Notes: a model not told the origin generated them from the letters alone. A stretch of DNA of 64,000 nt from Histomonas meleagridis 2922-C6/04-290x (GCA_020184695.1 JAANOX010000243.1:372001-436000), one strand, 5' to 3'. Counted from the stretch's first letter, positions 32,583-44,381 are shown. A program made the numbers and translations.

Positions 32583-33047
32583 ATGACTTTAAATCCTTCA
32601 ATTATGTGGGCTCAAGGTAGAACAACTGTATATGTTACTATCAAGCTCCAAGATGTCCAGGATGAAGAAATTCAATTCAATCCGAATTGTTTCATCTTTA
32701 AAGGGCGAACAGTTTCCCCTGATCAAAAATATGATCTAAATCTTGAGTTATTTGATGAGATTGATCCGACTGATAAAGAAACAAGATATGTAAAATATGG
32801 CCGTTATATCCAGTTAAACTTAAGAAAACGAAATTCATCAGTATGGTGGCCTAGACTTGCTAAAACCACGCAAAAGCTCCATTATGTAAAAATCGATTGG
32901 GAAAAATGGGTTGATGATGATGAAGATTTTAGTGCATCAGATGATCAATCAAAGGAACTTCCAAATTTGACTGACAAAGATATGACCGATACTAGTGACG
33001 AAGAGGAAGCCAATAATGAAGAAAATCAATCCAATGAAGATGCTTAA
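32583..33047 (+). CDS. p23: Hsp90 co-chaperone p23 (CS domain; Sba1/PTGES3 family)
   Basis: PSIMWAQ..VYVTI, WWPRLAK, KIDWEKWVDDDED, acidic tail. Inr-like TCATT ~13 nt upstream. Confidence 0.92.
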   Translation: MTLNPSIMWAQGRTTVYVTIKLQDVQDEEIQFNPNCFIFKGRTVSPDQKYDLNLELFDEIDPTDKETRYVKYGRYIQLNLRKRNSSVWWPRLAKTTQKLHYVKIDWEKWVDDDEDFSASDDQSKELPNLTDKDMTDTSDEEEANNEENQSNEDA

Positions 33048-33215
33048 AAATTAATATCTTTCTAAACATTCAAAATTATACAAGTTTCAATATAATTTTT
33101 TAATGCTCAATGTCCACGATCTTATGTTTATTCCGATTGTGAATGAACGATTAGAAAAATCAAAAACTTAATTTTATTGGTATTTCTTTCTTAAGATTAT
33201 CATTAAAATTATTAA

Positions 33216-34094
33216 ATGATTATTATACATTTTGTTTTATCTTGTTCTATTTGTATAAAAGATGAAAATGTTCTTTTCATTTCAAATAAATCGGAAATAA
33301 AACAATTTCAATATTCTAGGTTTAATGTGAAACATATTATAATTAATGAAGTAAGAAATCTTGGGAAATATGCATTTTACAATTGGAATTCTCTTGTTTC
33401 TGTGGAAATCAAAGATTATTTAATGTCTATAGGAGATTATGCTTTTAAATATTGTACAAATTTAGAAAAGGTGATTATTGGCGAAAGTGTTTATAAAATT
33501 GGGAAAGATGCTTTTAGTAGATGTTATAAATTAACAAACATCAAAATACCTGATTCAGTTTTGGAGATTAGAAGTTATACCTTTTTTCATTGTTCAATTA
33601 TAGATTTCATAATTATTGGAAATGGTGTAAAAATGATTGATTTTTATGCATTTGCTTATTGCTTTAAATTACCTGAAATTTCAATTCCAGATAAAGTTGA
33701 ATTAATTACATGTGGATTATTTTTTAATTGCATTGAGTTGAAGTTTGTAACTTTTGGTGATAATATTAATATTATTGGTAACTATTCTTTTTATAAATGT
33801 ATTGCATTATCAAATATTACAATTCCAAATTCTGTTCATTCAATAAAGGATAGATCCTTTGAAGCATGTTATAATTTAGAATTAATTAATATCGGAGAAA
33901 ATGTAAGTAAAATTGGGAAATATTCTTTTCATCTGTGCGTTAGCCTTTTATTTATATTTTACTATGGGAAAAATGAACCAAAAATAGGGAAGAATGCATT
34001 TTTAGGAGTTCATACCACAACTGTGGTAACACTTAATTCATATAAATCGAACAAATTCGGTAACATGAATGTTATTAAGAAAAGTTTTTTCTAA
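33216..34094 (+). CDS. Short BspA-like LRR protein (signal-like N-terminus, no C-terminal TM)
   Basis: Repeats such as SIGDYAFKYCTNLEKVIIGESVYKIGKDAFSRCYKLTNIKIPDSV. Confidence 0.92.
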   Translation: MIIIHFVLSCSICIKDENVLFISNKSEIKQFQYSRFNVKHIIINEVRNLGKYAFYNWNSLVSVEIKDYLMSIGDYAFKYCTNLEKVIIGESVYKIGKDAFSRCYKLTNIKIPDSVLEIRSYTFFHCSIIDFIIIGNGVKMIDFYAFAYCFKLPEISIPDKVELITCGLFFNCIELKFVTFGDNINIIGNYSFYKCIALSNITIPNSVHSIKDRSFEACYNLELINIGENVSKIGKYSFHLCVSLLFIFYYGKNEPKIGKNAFLGVHTTTVVTLNSYKSNKFGNMNVIKKSFF

Positions 34095-34542
34095 TTCATT
34101 CTTGATCATCACAAAAATTATGTTTATATTTATTTTTCAATAAAATATATATTTCCCAGTTTTCCTAAGATCTTTATTTATTTAAAATTTATTTATCTAA
34201 ATTAATTTTAAGGATTATAAAATCATTTGTTATCTCAATAATAAAATTATATTTATTTTAAAATTTAAATTCTAAAATAAAACATTATTATTCTACATAT
34301 ATAATTTGATAATATCATCAATTTCATGGGATTCTTCTTCAAGTCAAATTATATTCTCTGTTCTATATCTTAAGTTCAGATATTTTTTTTTACAATGCAA
34401 TTTTATCCAAATCATATTCGATGCTACTGAAACAAAGTTATAATCTTCGTAATTAGTGAATTATTTAAAAAAAAAATTTATTGAACAAAATATATTTAAA
34501 CTCAAATTCGAAAATAAAAACATTGTTATTCTATATCTAAAT

Positions 34543-35376
34543 TTAATCAATATCAACAATTTCATGTGATTCTTCTTCGGGAGGAGTTTCGCCATTTTTT
34601 TCTTCGCTCTTTTTCCTAAGTTCATAAAATTGTTTCATATTTTCTTCATGTTTTAAGTCTTTTTCTTGCTTTATAAGTTGTCTTTCTCTTTTCTCTGCTT
34701 CAATTCCTCCTTCTTTCCATGCGTTAACAAGTCTTCGCTCTTCATCTGTAACAGGTGCATCATCAAGATATCGAAGATCTGGAAATTGAAGAATAATACG
34801 CCTTCTATAGTTTTTCATGTTTCTCGTAACAGCGTTTCCTTCCATTCTTAAGACTCGAAGTTTTTGTAGGCCAGAAATAATATCTAGAAATCTTTCATCA
34901 GAAATCATATTATTGCTCAGGTTGATTATAGTAAGTGAAGGAGCTTCTAAAAGGCCAGAAAGTTTAGATGGATCCATTAATTTATTATGATCAAGTTCTA
35001 TTGTTGACAATTTAGTACATCCTCCCAAACCTTCAATTTCTTGGATAAAATTGGTAGACAAGCATAATGTATCAAGATTTGATAGCTTATCAAGACCAGA
35101 AATTTTTTCAATAATGTTATTTTGCAGATATAATGATCTTAAATTTTGGAGTTGATCAAGCCCTTCGATCGTTGAAATTGCATTGTTGTTAAGCCACAAA
35201 GCTTTTAGATTGATGAATGGATCAAGATTTTCGATTTTTGTGAATCCTGAATAATGCAAATAAAGCACATCATTTAGTTCAGGCGTTATGTATAATTTGT
35301 GTTTTTTAATAGATTCTTTAATGGCTTTCTTTGTGATTGGCGAACCATCTTCTTCTTCTTCAGCGAAATCGCTCAT
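34543..35376 (-). CDS. DNAAF1: Axonemal dynein assembly factor 1 (LRRC50/ODA7)
   Basis: [37 protein letters not shown], and [32 protein letters not shown]. Confidence 0.93.
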   Translation of the reverse strand: MSDFAEEEEDGSPITKKAIKESIKKHKLYITPELNDVLYLHYSGFTKIENLDPFINLKALWLNNNAISTIEGLDQLQNLRSLYLQNNIIEKISGLDKLSNLDTLCLSTNFIQEIEGLGGCTKLSTIELDHNKLMDPSKLSGLLEAPSLTIINLSNNMISDERFLDIISGLQKLRVLRMEGNAVTRNMKNYRRRIILQFPDLRYLDDAPVTDEERRLVNAWKEGGIEAEKRERQLIKQEKDLKHEENMKQFYELRKKSEEKNGETPPEEESHEIVDID

Positions 35377-35487
35377 TGCAATAACGTATTAAACCGTTTA
35401 CCAAACAGCAAAACAAAAACAAAAAACAATTATTAGCTCAACATACATTATGCATAAACATATAACATTTTGAAACTTTAATTACAT

Positions 35488-36405
35488 TTAGTTACTTTTT
35501 ATTGATTCTCTATATTCTTCAAATCTTAATGTATCAACACCATCTAAAGTCACTTTTCCACTTTCTATTTCATCTATAATTTCATCAAAGGTTGGTCTCG
35601 CTTTTGGATCTTTGCTCCACCCTTTTGTAATGATATTACTGATTTCTTTTGGAATACTATCAGGTATTGGTGGCCTGGCTCCACCAATTATACGATGCCA
35701 TAGTACAAAGACATTGTTTTTTATTTCTTGGAAAGGCTCTTTTCCAACAAGAATCTGATAACAAAGCATTGAAAAAGCATAAACATCAACTTTAGAGTCA
35801 TAAGGATCATTTTTGTAGATCTCAGGAGCCATAAAAACAGGGGTACCGCCGTTTGGCGATTTAATTTCGGAATCAAAAAAAGATGACATACCAAAATCAG
35901 AAATATATGGATAAAGTTTTTCATCTAAGAGTATATTGTCTGGCTTGAGGTCTTTGTGGATTATTTGGTTATGATGAAGAAGAGACATGGCTTTGGCAAT
36001 TCCATAGATGATTATCAATTTTGAAGTATTATCCCATCTTTCATCATGCGTTGTACGTTCACGACGAAGCAGTTCTCCAAGAGAGCCGTTACACATGAAA
36101 TCAGTAAAAATCGTTGGATAATTTTCGCCTGAAAAATTTGTTAAAGATATCCCATGGAATGGAACAATCCATGGTCCTTTAACTTTCAAAAAAACTTCTA
36201 TTTCTTGCTTAATCATTTGAGTATCTGCCAATTTTTTTCCTTTTGCATTTATATTCTTAGCTGCATATATTTTTCCAGTTTTCTTTTCTTGAACTTTATC
36301 AACGATTCCAAATCCACCTGATCTAAGCTTTTCTAATATATTATAATCATCAACATTAACGACATATTGGGAAAGTTTAGGGTCGTCCCCTATCATAAGG
36401 TCCAT
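35488..36405 (-). CDS. TKL-family protein kinase
   Basis: GGFGIV, YAAK, HKDLKPDN, ISDFG, GTPVFMAPE, DVYAF, RPTF. Confidence 0.95.
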   Translation of the reverse strand: MDLMIGDDPKLSQYVVNVDDYNILEKLRSGGFGIVDKVQEKKTGKIYAAKNINAKGKKLADTQMIKQEIEVFLKVKGPWIVPFHGISLTNFSGENYPTIFTDFMCNGSLGELLRRERTTHDERWDNTSKLIIIYGIAKAMSLLHHNQIIHKDLKPDNILLDEKLYPYISDFGMSSFFDSEIKSPNGGTPVFMAPEIYKNDPYDSKVDVYAFSMLCYQILVGKEPFQEIKNNVFVLWHRIIGGARPPIPDSIPKEISNIITKGWSKDPKARPTFDEIIDEIESGKVTLDGVDTLRFEEYRESIKSN

Positions 36406-36609
36406 CGTTCACGTAAACTTCACAAAACTCATCAAGAAAATAAACGGCTGCTATAATCCAAAAATGTTTTTCAAACTTACAATTAAAAATATCATTTCAT
36501 CAACACAACTTATTGATAAAATAACAGTTTTAAGATTAATGGAAATTTTTGCTAATAAAATGTTTATAGTCCATTCATTTGTTTAATGATATCCTGAAAA
36601 AAATACTTG

Positions 36610-38895
36610 TTAATTCACAACAGAACAAGTTTTGAATGCTGAAGGAAGCATGTCCAAAAATTGCTCAGAGTTTGATCTTGCAACACCGTTTCTTACAGCG
36701 ATGCATCCAAATTGTGATGTCCACATTGCATCTGGAAGATCTATGTTTTCTCTCTGGTACCTTAGTTTGTCCCACATACAGACCATTAGTTCTTTAGGTG
36801 GCTCGATTTTCCTAAATGTGTCGATTAATGGTAAGCAAACTTTGATATCTAATACATGGACATTCTCTTGGATCACAGAAATCATAGCAAATGGGTTATC
36901 CAACTTTTCTGCTGTGAACGAGAACCTATGAGTAACTTTTGTTCCTTCTTGTAATCCTTTGATTATCCACTCGGGTACTTGAGGAAGAGAAAGTGTAATT
37001 GGCACATCAAGTGTAATAGTAACTGATGGTACTACACCTTTTGTAGATACTCTAAGATCAAGACATATGCTCCTTTGAATAGGATCCACAATTGAGGCGA
37101 TTTCGATCGTCATGGCATGATAAACGGGCGAAATCTCAACAAAATCTCTGTTGACCGTTAAGTTGGTGGTTAACGATTGCGGACACAGTGAACTTGCTAA
37201 CAAACCTAAGTCAATTACGCTGCAACAAATAAACGGTGAAGCGGGAGGAAGTTCACTTGAATTGGCTTGAAGTTTAGCATCAAGAAAGCTTGGCCTTCTT
37301 TGGACTCTTCTCATATTCATTGTGTTAGCCATCTGTGCTTTTCCTTGTGCTACTGCTAATTGGAACAATGGGTCTGACATTTCTTCTTTTAATTCATCTA
37401 TTTCATCGAAAAATCCTAATTTTACAACCATCGCATAAACAAGAGCAACTTGTAATAACAAAGGAATTTGATTTTCAGCAGTTGTTGTGAACTTTAAATT
37501 TATTGGCTCACTGGTAGCTGAATTATTAGGGAATAAAACTTCTTTCATGCATTTCAAAAGATTTGCTTGAAGATGTGGAGGTACGAATTCTGATATGTAT
37601 AAAAGTAATAATGCTCTTATTGATGGGTTTTTAACTGTCTTTGATAATTCGAATATTGTTTGAACTTTAGATGATATATTTGCTTTTTGATGCCACATAT
37701 ATGAAGCTACTGCTGAAGCGGCAAGAACCCAATGACGATTTTGTTCATTTTGGCTTAATAGTAATTTGAATAACTCGGCTAATATGTCGGTATTAGTTTG
37801 CGAAGCAACAAGTGCCGATACGGCGCATAAATCAGTGAAAAACTCCTTTTGCTTAACGGCTTCGTTTCCTTTTGCGATAATTCTTGAAAGCTCATTAAAC
37901 GTGCTCGCGACGTAAACTAACTGTGAAACCACATCAAGCCCATATGGGTAATCTGTCGTATAAAGATATTCTAACATATGATCAAAGTAACGGTGACTGT
38001 GTGCCTTTTCGATAATTTTAAGTGCTGAAATTACTAAATTAGTTCTCATTCCATCACTAAATGGATGATTAATAATAGAAACAATTTCGGGTATAATGGA
38101 AGAGGGTGGGATGTCGGAAATATGGCTGAAGTTTGGTAATGTTGGAATTTTCGAAAGAATATATGCTCGTGATGAAAGTGAAACATGTGGAAGAAGTGAA
38201 AGAAGTTGTTGAATGTCGGGTTTGATAATGTTAATGATAAGCTCAAGTAAAGAGATATTAAGAAGATGTCCATGAACATATGCAGTGTTCATAATATAAT
38301 TGTGATATGGCTTGAGAAGATCATTAATATTGGGGTAATCAATAGAAATAAGGAATTGAATGATTTTAAGACATATAAATATGAGTTTTGGTGCTTTGCT
38401 ATTCAATTGATAAAGTGTGGATTGAACAATAGCTGGACTGATTTTTATATATCCCATGAATGCATAAAATGTGTAAAAACCAGCGTACTTGAGATTGGGA
38501 TCATTAGAAGTATAAAAAGGATCTAAAAACGAAAAATTATTCATTTCGGATAAGATAACACTAACAGGGGCATTGCTTAAAGAAATGATCAAGCCTTCAG
38601 CGCAAGGGTTATTTATATTAAGATCACTTTTGTGCATTTGAATAAAGTCTACCCAAAAATCGTCAGGTAAAAGTAAATCTCGAATAGCAAAATACACAAA
38701 CTTTTTTGCTTCATTCTTGAGTCGTGGTAACTTTAAAAACTGGATAATATATGGTCCTATAAATGATAAATCAATTTGAGGTGAAGATGCTAGAAATTCT
38801 ATATGTTGTAAAAACTCGTCTGTTTTTCTTGGAACAGATTTCTCTTGTGGATTTTTTGTTACATCATCGAATGGAAGTTCTTTTTGCTTGAACAT
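36610..38895 (-). CDS. Adaptin-family large subunit-like protein (beta-COP/TPLATE/beta-adaptin-type solenoid plus appendage); first ATG 38895
   Basis: Long ORF. DLNINNPCAEGLIISL recalls Adaptin_N; C-terminal SICLDLRV and LPLIDTFRKIEPPKELMVCMW recall beta-COP/TPLATE appendages. CDS certain, family tentative. Confidence 0.55.
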   Translation of the reverse strand: MFKQKELPFDDVTKNPQEKSVPRKTDEFLQHIEFLASSPQIDLSFIGPYIIQFLKLPRLKNEAKKFVYFAIRDLLLPDDFWVDFIQMHKSDLNINNPCAEGLIISLSNAPVSVILSEMNNFSFLDPFYTSNDPNLKYAGFYTFYAFMGYIKISPAIVQSTLYQLNSKAPKLIFICLKIIQFLISIDYPNINDLLKPYHNYIMNTAYVHGHLLNISLLELIINIIKPDIQQLLSLLPHVSLSSRAYILSKIPTLPNFSHISDIPPSSIIPEIVSIINHPFSDGMRTNLVISALKIIEKAHSHRYFDHMLEYLYTTDYPYGLDVVSQLVYVASTFNELSRIIAKGNEAVKQKEFFTDLCAVSALVASQTNTDILAELFKLLLSQNEQNRHWVLAASAVASYMWHQKANISSKVQTIFELSKTVKNPSIRALLLLYISEFVPPHLQANLLKCMKEVLFPNNSATSEPINLKFTTTAENQIPLLLQVALVYAMVVKLGFFDEIDELKEEMSDPLFQLAVAQGKAQMANTMNMRRVQRRPSFLDAKLQANSSELPPASPFICCSVIDLGLLASSLCPQSLTTNLTVNRDFVEISPVYHAMTIEIASIVDPIQRSICLDLRVSTKGVVPSVTITLDVPITLSLPQVPEWIIKGLQEGTKVTHRFSFTAEKLDNPFAMISVIQENVHVLDIKVCLPLIDTFRKIEPPKELMVCMWDKLRYQRENIDLPDAMWTSQFGCIAVRNGVARSNSEQFLDMLPSAFKTCSVVN

Positions 38896-39289
38896 TTTTT
38901 TGCTCTGAATCTTTTTGACAAACTTTGTTTCCAAAAAGAACTTTATTGTTGCAGATTATGTTTTCGGAACACAGCTGTATTGGACTCCCTAAAATAAAAC
39001 CAACCTAAAAGCAAATATTCTTTCTAGTTCCTTTTCTTTCATAAACAAACAAATTCGAAATATCATTTCAATCAAATATTTTCAAATATAATAATTAGAA
39101 AACAGGAGATATAATTTAATTTCTTTATTGCCAAAAATACTGGTTTGCTAATCAATATGCAAAACACAAAAATTTTTACCCAAAAAAACAGAAGCACTAA
39201 AAATACTAATTTAACAAAAAGTGAATTTTTCATAGCTTTATGTATATTTTGAATACATGGCAGAAATTTTCTATAAAAAATTAACGTTA

Positions 39290-39470
39290 TTTATTGTTTG
39301 GTGGAAGGTATTCAGTGGTCAGACAACTCGTAAATAAAACATTTTCAAAACATATATCCCAACTTATGAGGAATATTTCACGTGTTTTATAAATGTTGAT
39401 GGAGTAAAATTGTTAGTCAAACGGAAGGCAGAGCATTCTTGTGCCGAAAACTGGTGTTGGATCCTTTGAA
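39290..39470 (+). pseudogene. Relic of a Ras/Rho-family GTPase
   Basis: NIFKTYIPTYEEYFTCFINVDGVKLLVK resembles switch I plus beta2, flanked by stops. Confidence 0.4.
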
Positions 39471-39695
39471 GCTTCTTTCTTCAAAAATGAATACAAAGTT
39501 ATAACAGAATTATTTTCCACCCTTTGTAACTTATGAGAAATGCATGTAACAAAAACGAAAGATCAAAAAATAGGTCTGCATGACATTTTAAATTTGTTTG
39601 TTAAATAAAGCCTATTTTGCAATCATAATCTCTTGAAACTGTTGAGGACATTATTCAATAGTACGATACAGCAAAAACGTTATTTAACAATAGAA

Positions 39696-41210
39696 ATGAG
39701 TCAGCGCCCTCCTTCGTCCTATCGGCCGCCTACATCAGGTGTTCCTGTTGGGATGCGTCCACCAACAAGGACTAGAAATGGAAGTGAAGCATTTACACCA
39801 AGTCGTGGAATATCTGTTGTAAATCGTCCATTGACAAAACAAGGTCTCCCAAGTGCACACACACATACTGGTGATAGACAAGTTGCAGATAAGTCGTACT
39901 TTATTGGGATACTAAGAAATAAAATCAATGACACAATGAAGGAAATTGATAGACTTGACAAAGAAATTGAACAAAGAAAACGTGGACAAGCAATTCAAGC
40001 TGAGTTAGAACAACAAGTAGAAGAACTACGAAATGATATTTCACAAAATGAAGCTGTTTTATCTGATTACAATGTTCTTTCAGATCGTATTCAAAACGGA
40101 ATTTCTATTGACGAAATGAACCAAAGCCTCCAAGAACTTGAAGAGTCCAATAACATCAGTGAACAAGAAATCAATAGATTATTCCGCGAAAAGAAAGATT
40201 TAGAATCTTTCGTTGTTGATCAAGAACAACAAGTCCAAGAAATGATGCGAGGTTCTACATCACCAGCTCTTAAACAAATGGCAAATGAAATTGATTCCCT
40301 TGAAGCTCAATGTTCACAACTTAGGAATCAAAACAATGAAGTACAAGGTAAATCACGGGAAGAGCTTCTCGAAATGGTCAAAAGTTACACCAAGAAAATC
40401 GGAGATCTTGAAAAAGAAATCCAAGATGAACAAAAATCGTATAACTACAGTCAAAACCAAATCAAACTGATCAAAGAAAGGGAAGGCGATCTTCAAACTG
40501 AGCGAGGCCAACAATATCTTAAGCTTCTCCAAAAAGAGAAGGAAATGAACAACTTCATCCAGAATTTCCCTCAGACTATAGAAACCGCCAAAACCGATCT
40601 ATCGGAGTGTCAAAAACGAGTGTTTGAAATTCTTACCAATTCTTCTAATGACCTTCAAAGTATATCAGATTTACCGAGTGCTGAGAATTACAATCAGTTA
40701 AAGAATGATCTTCAAATTAAAGAACGCCAAATGCATGATGCGCAAGCGACAACAGAACAACTAAGTATCCAATTAGCTCAACGACGAGAAGAACTTGCGA
40801 ACTTACAAAACGTAGATCAAAAGATCGAAAAAGAGATTGAACTCATGAAGAAACAAATGAAAGAAATGGAAGAAGAACTTCCGACGTTTAATGATGTTGA
40901 TTCCATTCGAGAAGAAGGAGAACTCAAGAAGAAACAACTCACGAACTTACGCGATCATTTAAAGCAAGAACTATTACATTTAAGAAAGAATTATAACGCG
41001 CTTGCAACGAAATATAATGAGCAAAGATCTTCGTTAAGGTCAAACAACATACACATAAAGTTAAACTCAGTACAAAAAGAAATACGAAAAGTCGCCTCCT
41101 CAAATTATGCCATCTCCGAATGTATAGAAGAGAACCGAAGAAGAACCAATTATTCAATCGTCAAAAGAGCATGTATGAACATTGTGAACGATATCAATTC
41201 TTTGTTATAA
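39696..41210 (+). CDS. IFT74: Intraflagellar transport protein 74 (start Met 39696)
   Basis: MSQRPPSS..RPPT, NRPLTKQGL, RQVADKSYFIGILRNKINDTMKEI, long coiled coil. Confidence 0.93.
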   Translation: MSQRPPSSYRPPTSGVPVGMRPPTRTRNGSEAFTPSRGISVVNRPLTKQGLPSAHTHTGDRQVADKSYFIGILRNKINDTMKEIDRLDKEIEQRKRGQAIQAELEQQVEELRNDISQNEAVLSDYNVLSDRIQNGISIDEMNQSLQELEESNNISEQEINRLFREKKDLESFVVDQEQQVQEMMRGSTSPALKQMANEIDSLEAQCSQLRNQNNEVQGKSREELLEMVKSYTKKIGDLEKEIQDEQKSYNYSQNQIKLIKEREGDLQTERGQQYLKLLQKEKEMNNFIQNFPQTIETAKTDLSECQKRVFEILTNSSNDLQSISDLPSAENYNQLKNDLQIKERQMHDAQATTEQLSIQLAQRREELANLQNVDQKIEKEIELMKKQMKEMEEELPTFNDVDSIREEGELKKKQLTNLRDHLKQELLHLRKNYNALATKYNEQRSSLRSNNIHIKLNSVQKEIRKVASSNYAISECIEENRRRTNYSIVKRACMNIVNDINSLL

Positions 41211-41327
41211 TAAATTAGACAAACCGTTGTTCTGTATTGAATGCCGCTATCGTCTGTGAGGTGATTTTTGTGCCGAAACGTTTAAAAATTTCAATGTATG
41301 TAAAAATTAACGTAATGCACTCAAAAA

Positions 41328-43286
41328 GTGAATACTCAAAAAATGTTCCAGTCGAAATGGAAAAAAGTTCCTTGCATTCTTCATTGGAACCTTCATTTTA
41401 TCGATTTGAAAAAAAAGGTGGATGGGGTATTTCAATTAAGATGGACACGTGGCGATTCGAAAGGTGAAACTGATCCTGTTCAACAAAAACCAAATAGTAC
41501 TCAGTTGGTGTTCGAATCATACTTTGAATGCCCTTGCCTTATCTTTATTAACCAACAAAATAATACAATTAGACCTAAGATCGTAGCAATTGAACTTTCA
41601 AGAATAATTGACAAAAAAAAGAAGAAAGTATATGCAAAGTTATCTGTGGATGTCGGAAAATATTACGTTGAACAAAAGCCAATAAAAGACGTAATTGAAA
41701 TGGAAAGTGCACAAGACATTGCACCATTTCTTTGTGGAACATTTAGATTCCATCAAATCGGTAAATCAGAAACACCACAATCAATAGATGAAAAAGATTT
41801 ATCATTTATTGGTCTTCCAAGGGATCAAATGAAAACTCCTCTTAAAGATTGGGATCTTCCAAACCAAGGAAATTTGGAACCTCAAATACCAGAAACTGCT
41901 CCACCTATTGTAAGACGAAAGAGGGTTGTTCGAGGACCTGAAGAATTTAAACCAGAATTAGATTTGGAAACAAGCAGCAACAAAAAAGCCAAAAAACACA
42001 AAAGGAAAAGCAAAGACGATTCATCTGGTCATAGTAGTGTTATTGATCTTCACATTACTGTTACAAATGATACAAAATTACCATCCAATGAAAATCAATC
42101 TAATCAAACTCCAAACATACAACCTACAAGCGCCTCAACAGGCGACAGTGAAAATGTCAAAATTTCAATTGAAAATCCAAATAACGAAATTGTGGGAGAA
42201 ATTCGAAGTTGTCTTCCTGGCTCTTCAGAATCAACTACGCAACCACCTGAGGAACCAAAGCCGAGGAGTTTCCAACCAGAGAAGATTGAACTCTTAGCTT
42301 TATTTCAAACACTTTTTGCAACACCTTCCGTATCAGCTACATCCTTTATTGATAAGGAAAGGAAGTTCCATTTCCCGCCTGCCATCTTTCCTTTGTTTTC
42401 AGCAATTCTTACATCGCACGTTTTCGATAACGGTTTGTATAAACCCGATGAAATCACAACCTTTGTGAAATTTTTCACAGAGAGCATTGAAAAGTCAAAG
42501 CTCCTCGAAAAAAGCACCCAACAAGAGAAACTATTCACATATATCCTTTTAGTTGTTCTTGTTCAAAAAGAGAACCTTGACCGTAACCTTTATACAGATT
42601 TTATTAATGGACTTATGATATTTATTCAAACATCAATTGACGCAATTATCCGTCCTTCTCTTCTCCAGTTCGAAGGCATTGCCAACAGGTTTGCAACTGC
42701 TAAATTTGACAATATTTTCCTTCTATCAGATGCAAAACAATTACTCCATGGTATCAAAGGAGCATTAAAACTCCCAGATCCTATAGTAGAATACATTGCA
42801 AATTACTTTTTGAGTATTGCCGAGGTTAAACTAATTAACAAATTAATTGAAAATCCTTCTCGATTCAATTTTACAAATGCGATGCTTTGGAATTCCTTCG
42901 TTAATGCCTTTATATCAGATGAAAGAATAGAGTTACCATTACTTCGAGAAGGTGTCTGTGCTTTTATGATGATACATAATATTGCTTCAACCCCTAAAAT
43001 GAAAAACGAAATTTGTCCTAACCTTAGCCCTTCTCTCCTTTTATACATAATGAAAAACTTTAATCCTGATGATGTAATGCCAAAACGTGTTTCATATGAT
43101 TCGTTCGTTAAAGAGTTTAAACTGGGCGAAAACGATGCCACACCAGAGAAGATAGAAGAGCCAAAGCTTAAGATGATCTCTTTGGATGATTTGAAAGATC
43201 TCATGCTTGATAATTGGAGAGAGAAGAAAGTTGATATCCAAATGGGACAAAGTTTTCCATTTTTAAATGCTTACACTAGCGAGTAA
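41328..43286 (+). CDS. NT-C2 (EEIG1/EHBP1-type) domain protein with a C-terminal Dilute-like region
   Basis: N-terminal FQLRWTRGDSKGET..LVFESYFECPCLIF..KLSVDVGKY; C-terminal EICPNLSPSLLLYIMKNFNPDD. Confidence 0.7.
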   Translation: MNTQKMFQSKWKKVPCILHWNLHFIDLKKKVDGVFQLRWTRGDSKGETDPVQQKPNSTQLVFESYFECPCLIFINQQNNTIRPKIVAIELSRIIDKKKKKVYAKLSVDVGKYYVEQKPIKDVIEMESAQDIAPFLCGTFRFHQIGKSETPQSIDEKDLSFIGLPRDQMKTPLKDWDLPNQGNLEPQIPETAPPIVRRKRVVRGPEEFKPELDLETSSNKKAKKHKRKSKDDSSGHSSVIDLHITVTNDTKLPSNENQSNQTPNIQPTSASTGDSENVKISIENPNNEIVGEIRSCLPGSSESTTQPPEEPKPRSFQPEKIELLALFQTLFATPSVSATSFIDKERKFHFPPAIFPLFSAILTSHVFDNGLYKPDEITTFVKFFTESIEKSKLLEKSTQQEKLFTYILLVVLVQKENLDRNLYTDFINGLMIFIQTSIDAIIRPSLLQFEGIANRFATAKFDNIFLLSDAKQLLHGIKGALKLPDPIVEYIANYFLSIAEVKLINKLIENPSRFNFTNAMLWNSFVNAFISDERIELPLLREGVCAFMMIHNIASTPKMKNEICPNLSPSLLLYIMKNFNPDDVMPKRVSYDSFVKEFKLGENDATPEKIEEPKLKMISLDDLKDLMLDNWREKKVDIQMGQSFPFLNAYTSE

Positions 43287-43646
43287 AAATGTATTTGTCG
43301 AAATAAGATTTTTAAAAAATTGAGATTTTATTGTTATTGTTCCAAGTTATGACTTCAACATGAAAGAATCGAATTAACTTCTCATTCCAAAGCAAGAAGA
43401 CATTCGTAAAAGATTTCTATTTTTTCTTTGCCTTCTGACTCAAAAAACTTTTTTGATCAACGCCACTTTTCAAAAGTGATAAAAAGTTTACAGAAATTAA
43501 ATCTTGTAAGATTTAATCACACAAATTTAATCGCTGTCAAATGTCTATTAGAAAAAGTCGAGATTAAATGAATATCGAGTCAAAATTGGGTTGTGTAAAC
43601 ACTTTTCAATCATGAAAAACCGTAACCGCATTTCCAAAATCGCAGC

Positions 43647-44381
43647 ATGACTAGAACAATCATCAAGGTCCCTGTCGAGTTCCTTGCACTCAACGATGAA
43701 AAGGTCCCGTTGTTCCTTCCGATTGTCTGCAATTTTTTGAAAGAAAACTCGAAAACAGTCGGTATATTTCGTGTATCTGGTAACAAGGTCAAAGTTATGA
43801 AGCTAAACGAAATGCTTGCACAGCACGTACCAATTTTCCCTCAGAACACGGCTGTTGCTGATGCTGCTTCATTCCTAAAATTATGGTTATCAACTTTGCC
43901 TGTTCCATTAATCGAACCTGAAGTTTTTAACAAGTATTACATTTCACACAACATTGGTAGTATTTATGCTGTAGTAGACCATTTACCAGAATCCAAAAGA
44001 AAGTCACTTGCATATGTATTCTCCGTCCTAAGCAAAGTACTTGAAGATTCAGAACATAATCACATGAACATGAAAAACTTATCTACATGTTTTGTAACTG
44101 CTCTCACTCAATCCAACAAAAAGCTTAAGAAATCATTTCCGTTCCAATTCTTTTATGATAATCTTAAAGCGATCATGAACGAAGAGCAAACAGATTTTGT
44201 AACGCCTCTTGCCGCATCTAAAAACCAAGAAATAACTGTAAACATTAGATCACGACCAGAATTATCACCTAAAGGAAGAAATAGAGATTCATTAAGCTTC
44301 ATCAAAACCAGGAACAAGCATGTACCGAAGCATAAGAGAGGTGCTGAATCGCTCAAGGTCACATCGAAGTATCACAAATGA
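43647..44381 (+). CDS. RhoGAP domain protein
   Basis: VPLFLPIVCNFL, GIFRVSG (arginine finger), ASFLKLWLSTLPVPLI, NHMNMKNLSTCF. Confidence 0.93.
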   Translation: MTRTIIKVPVEFLALNDEKVPLFLPIVCNFLKENSKTVGIFRVSGNKVKVMKLNEMLAQHVPIFPQNTAVADAASFLKLWLSTLPVPLIEPEVFNKYYISHNIGSIYAVVDHLPESKRKSLAYVFSVLSKVLEDSEHNHMNMKNLSTCFVTALTQSNKKLKKSFPFQFFYDNLKAIMNEEQTDFVTPLAASKNQEITVNIRSRPELSPKGRNRDSLSFIKTRNKHVPKHKRGAESLKVTSKYHK

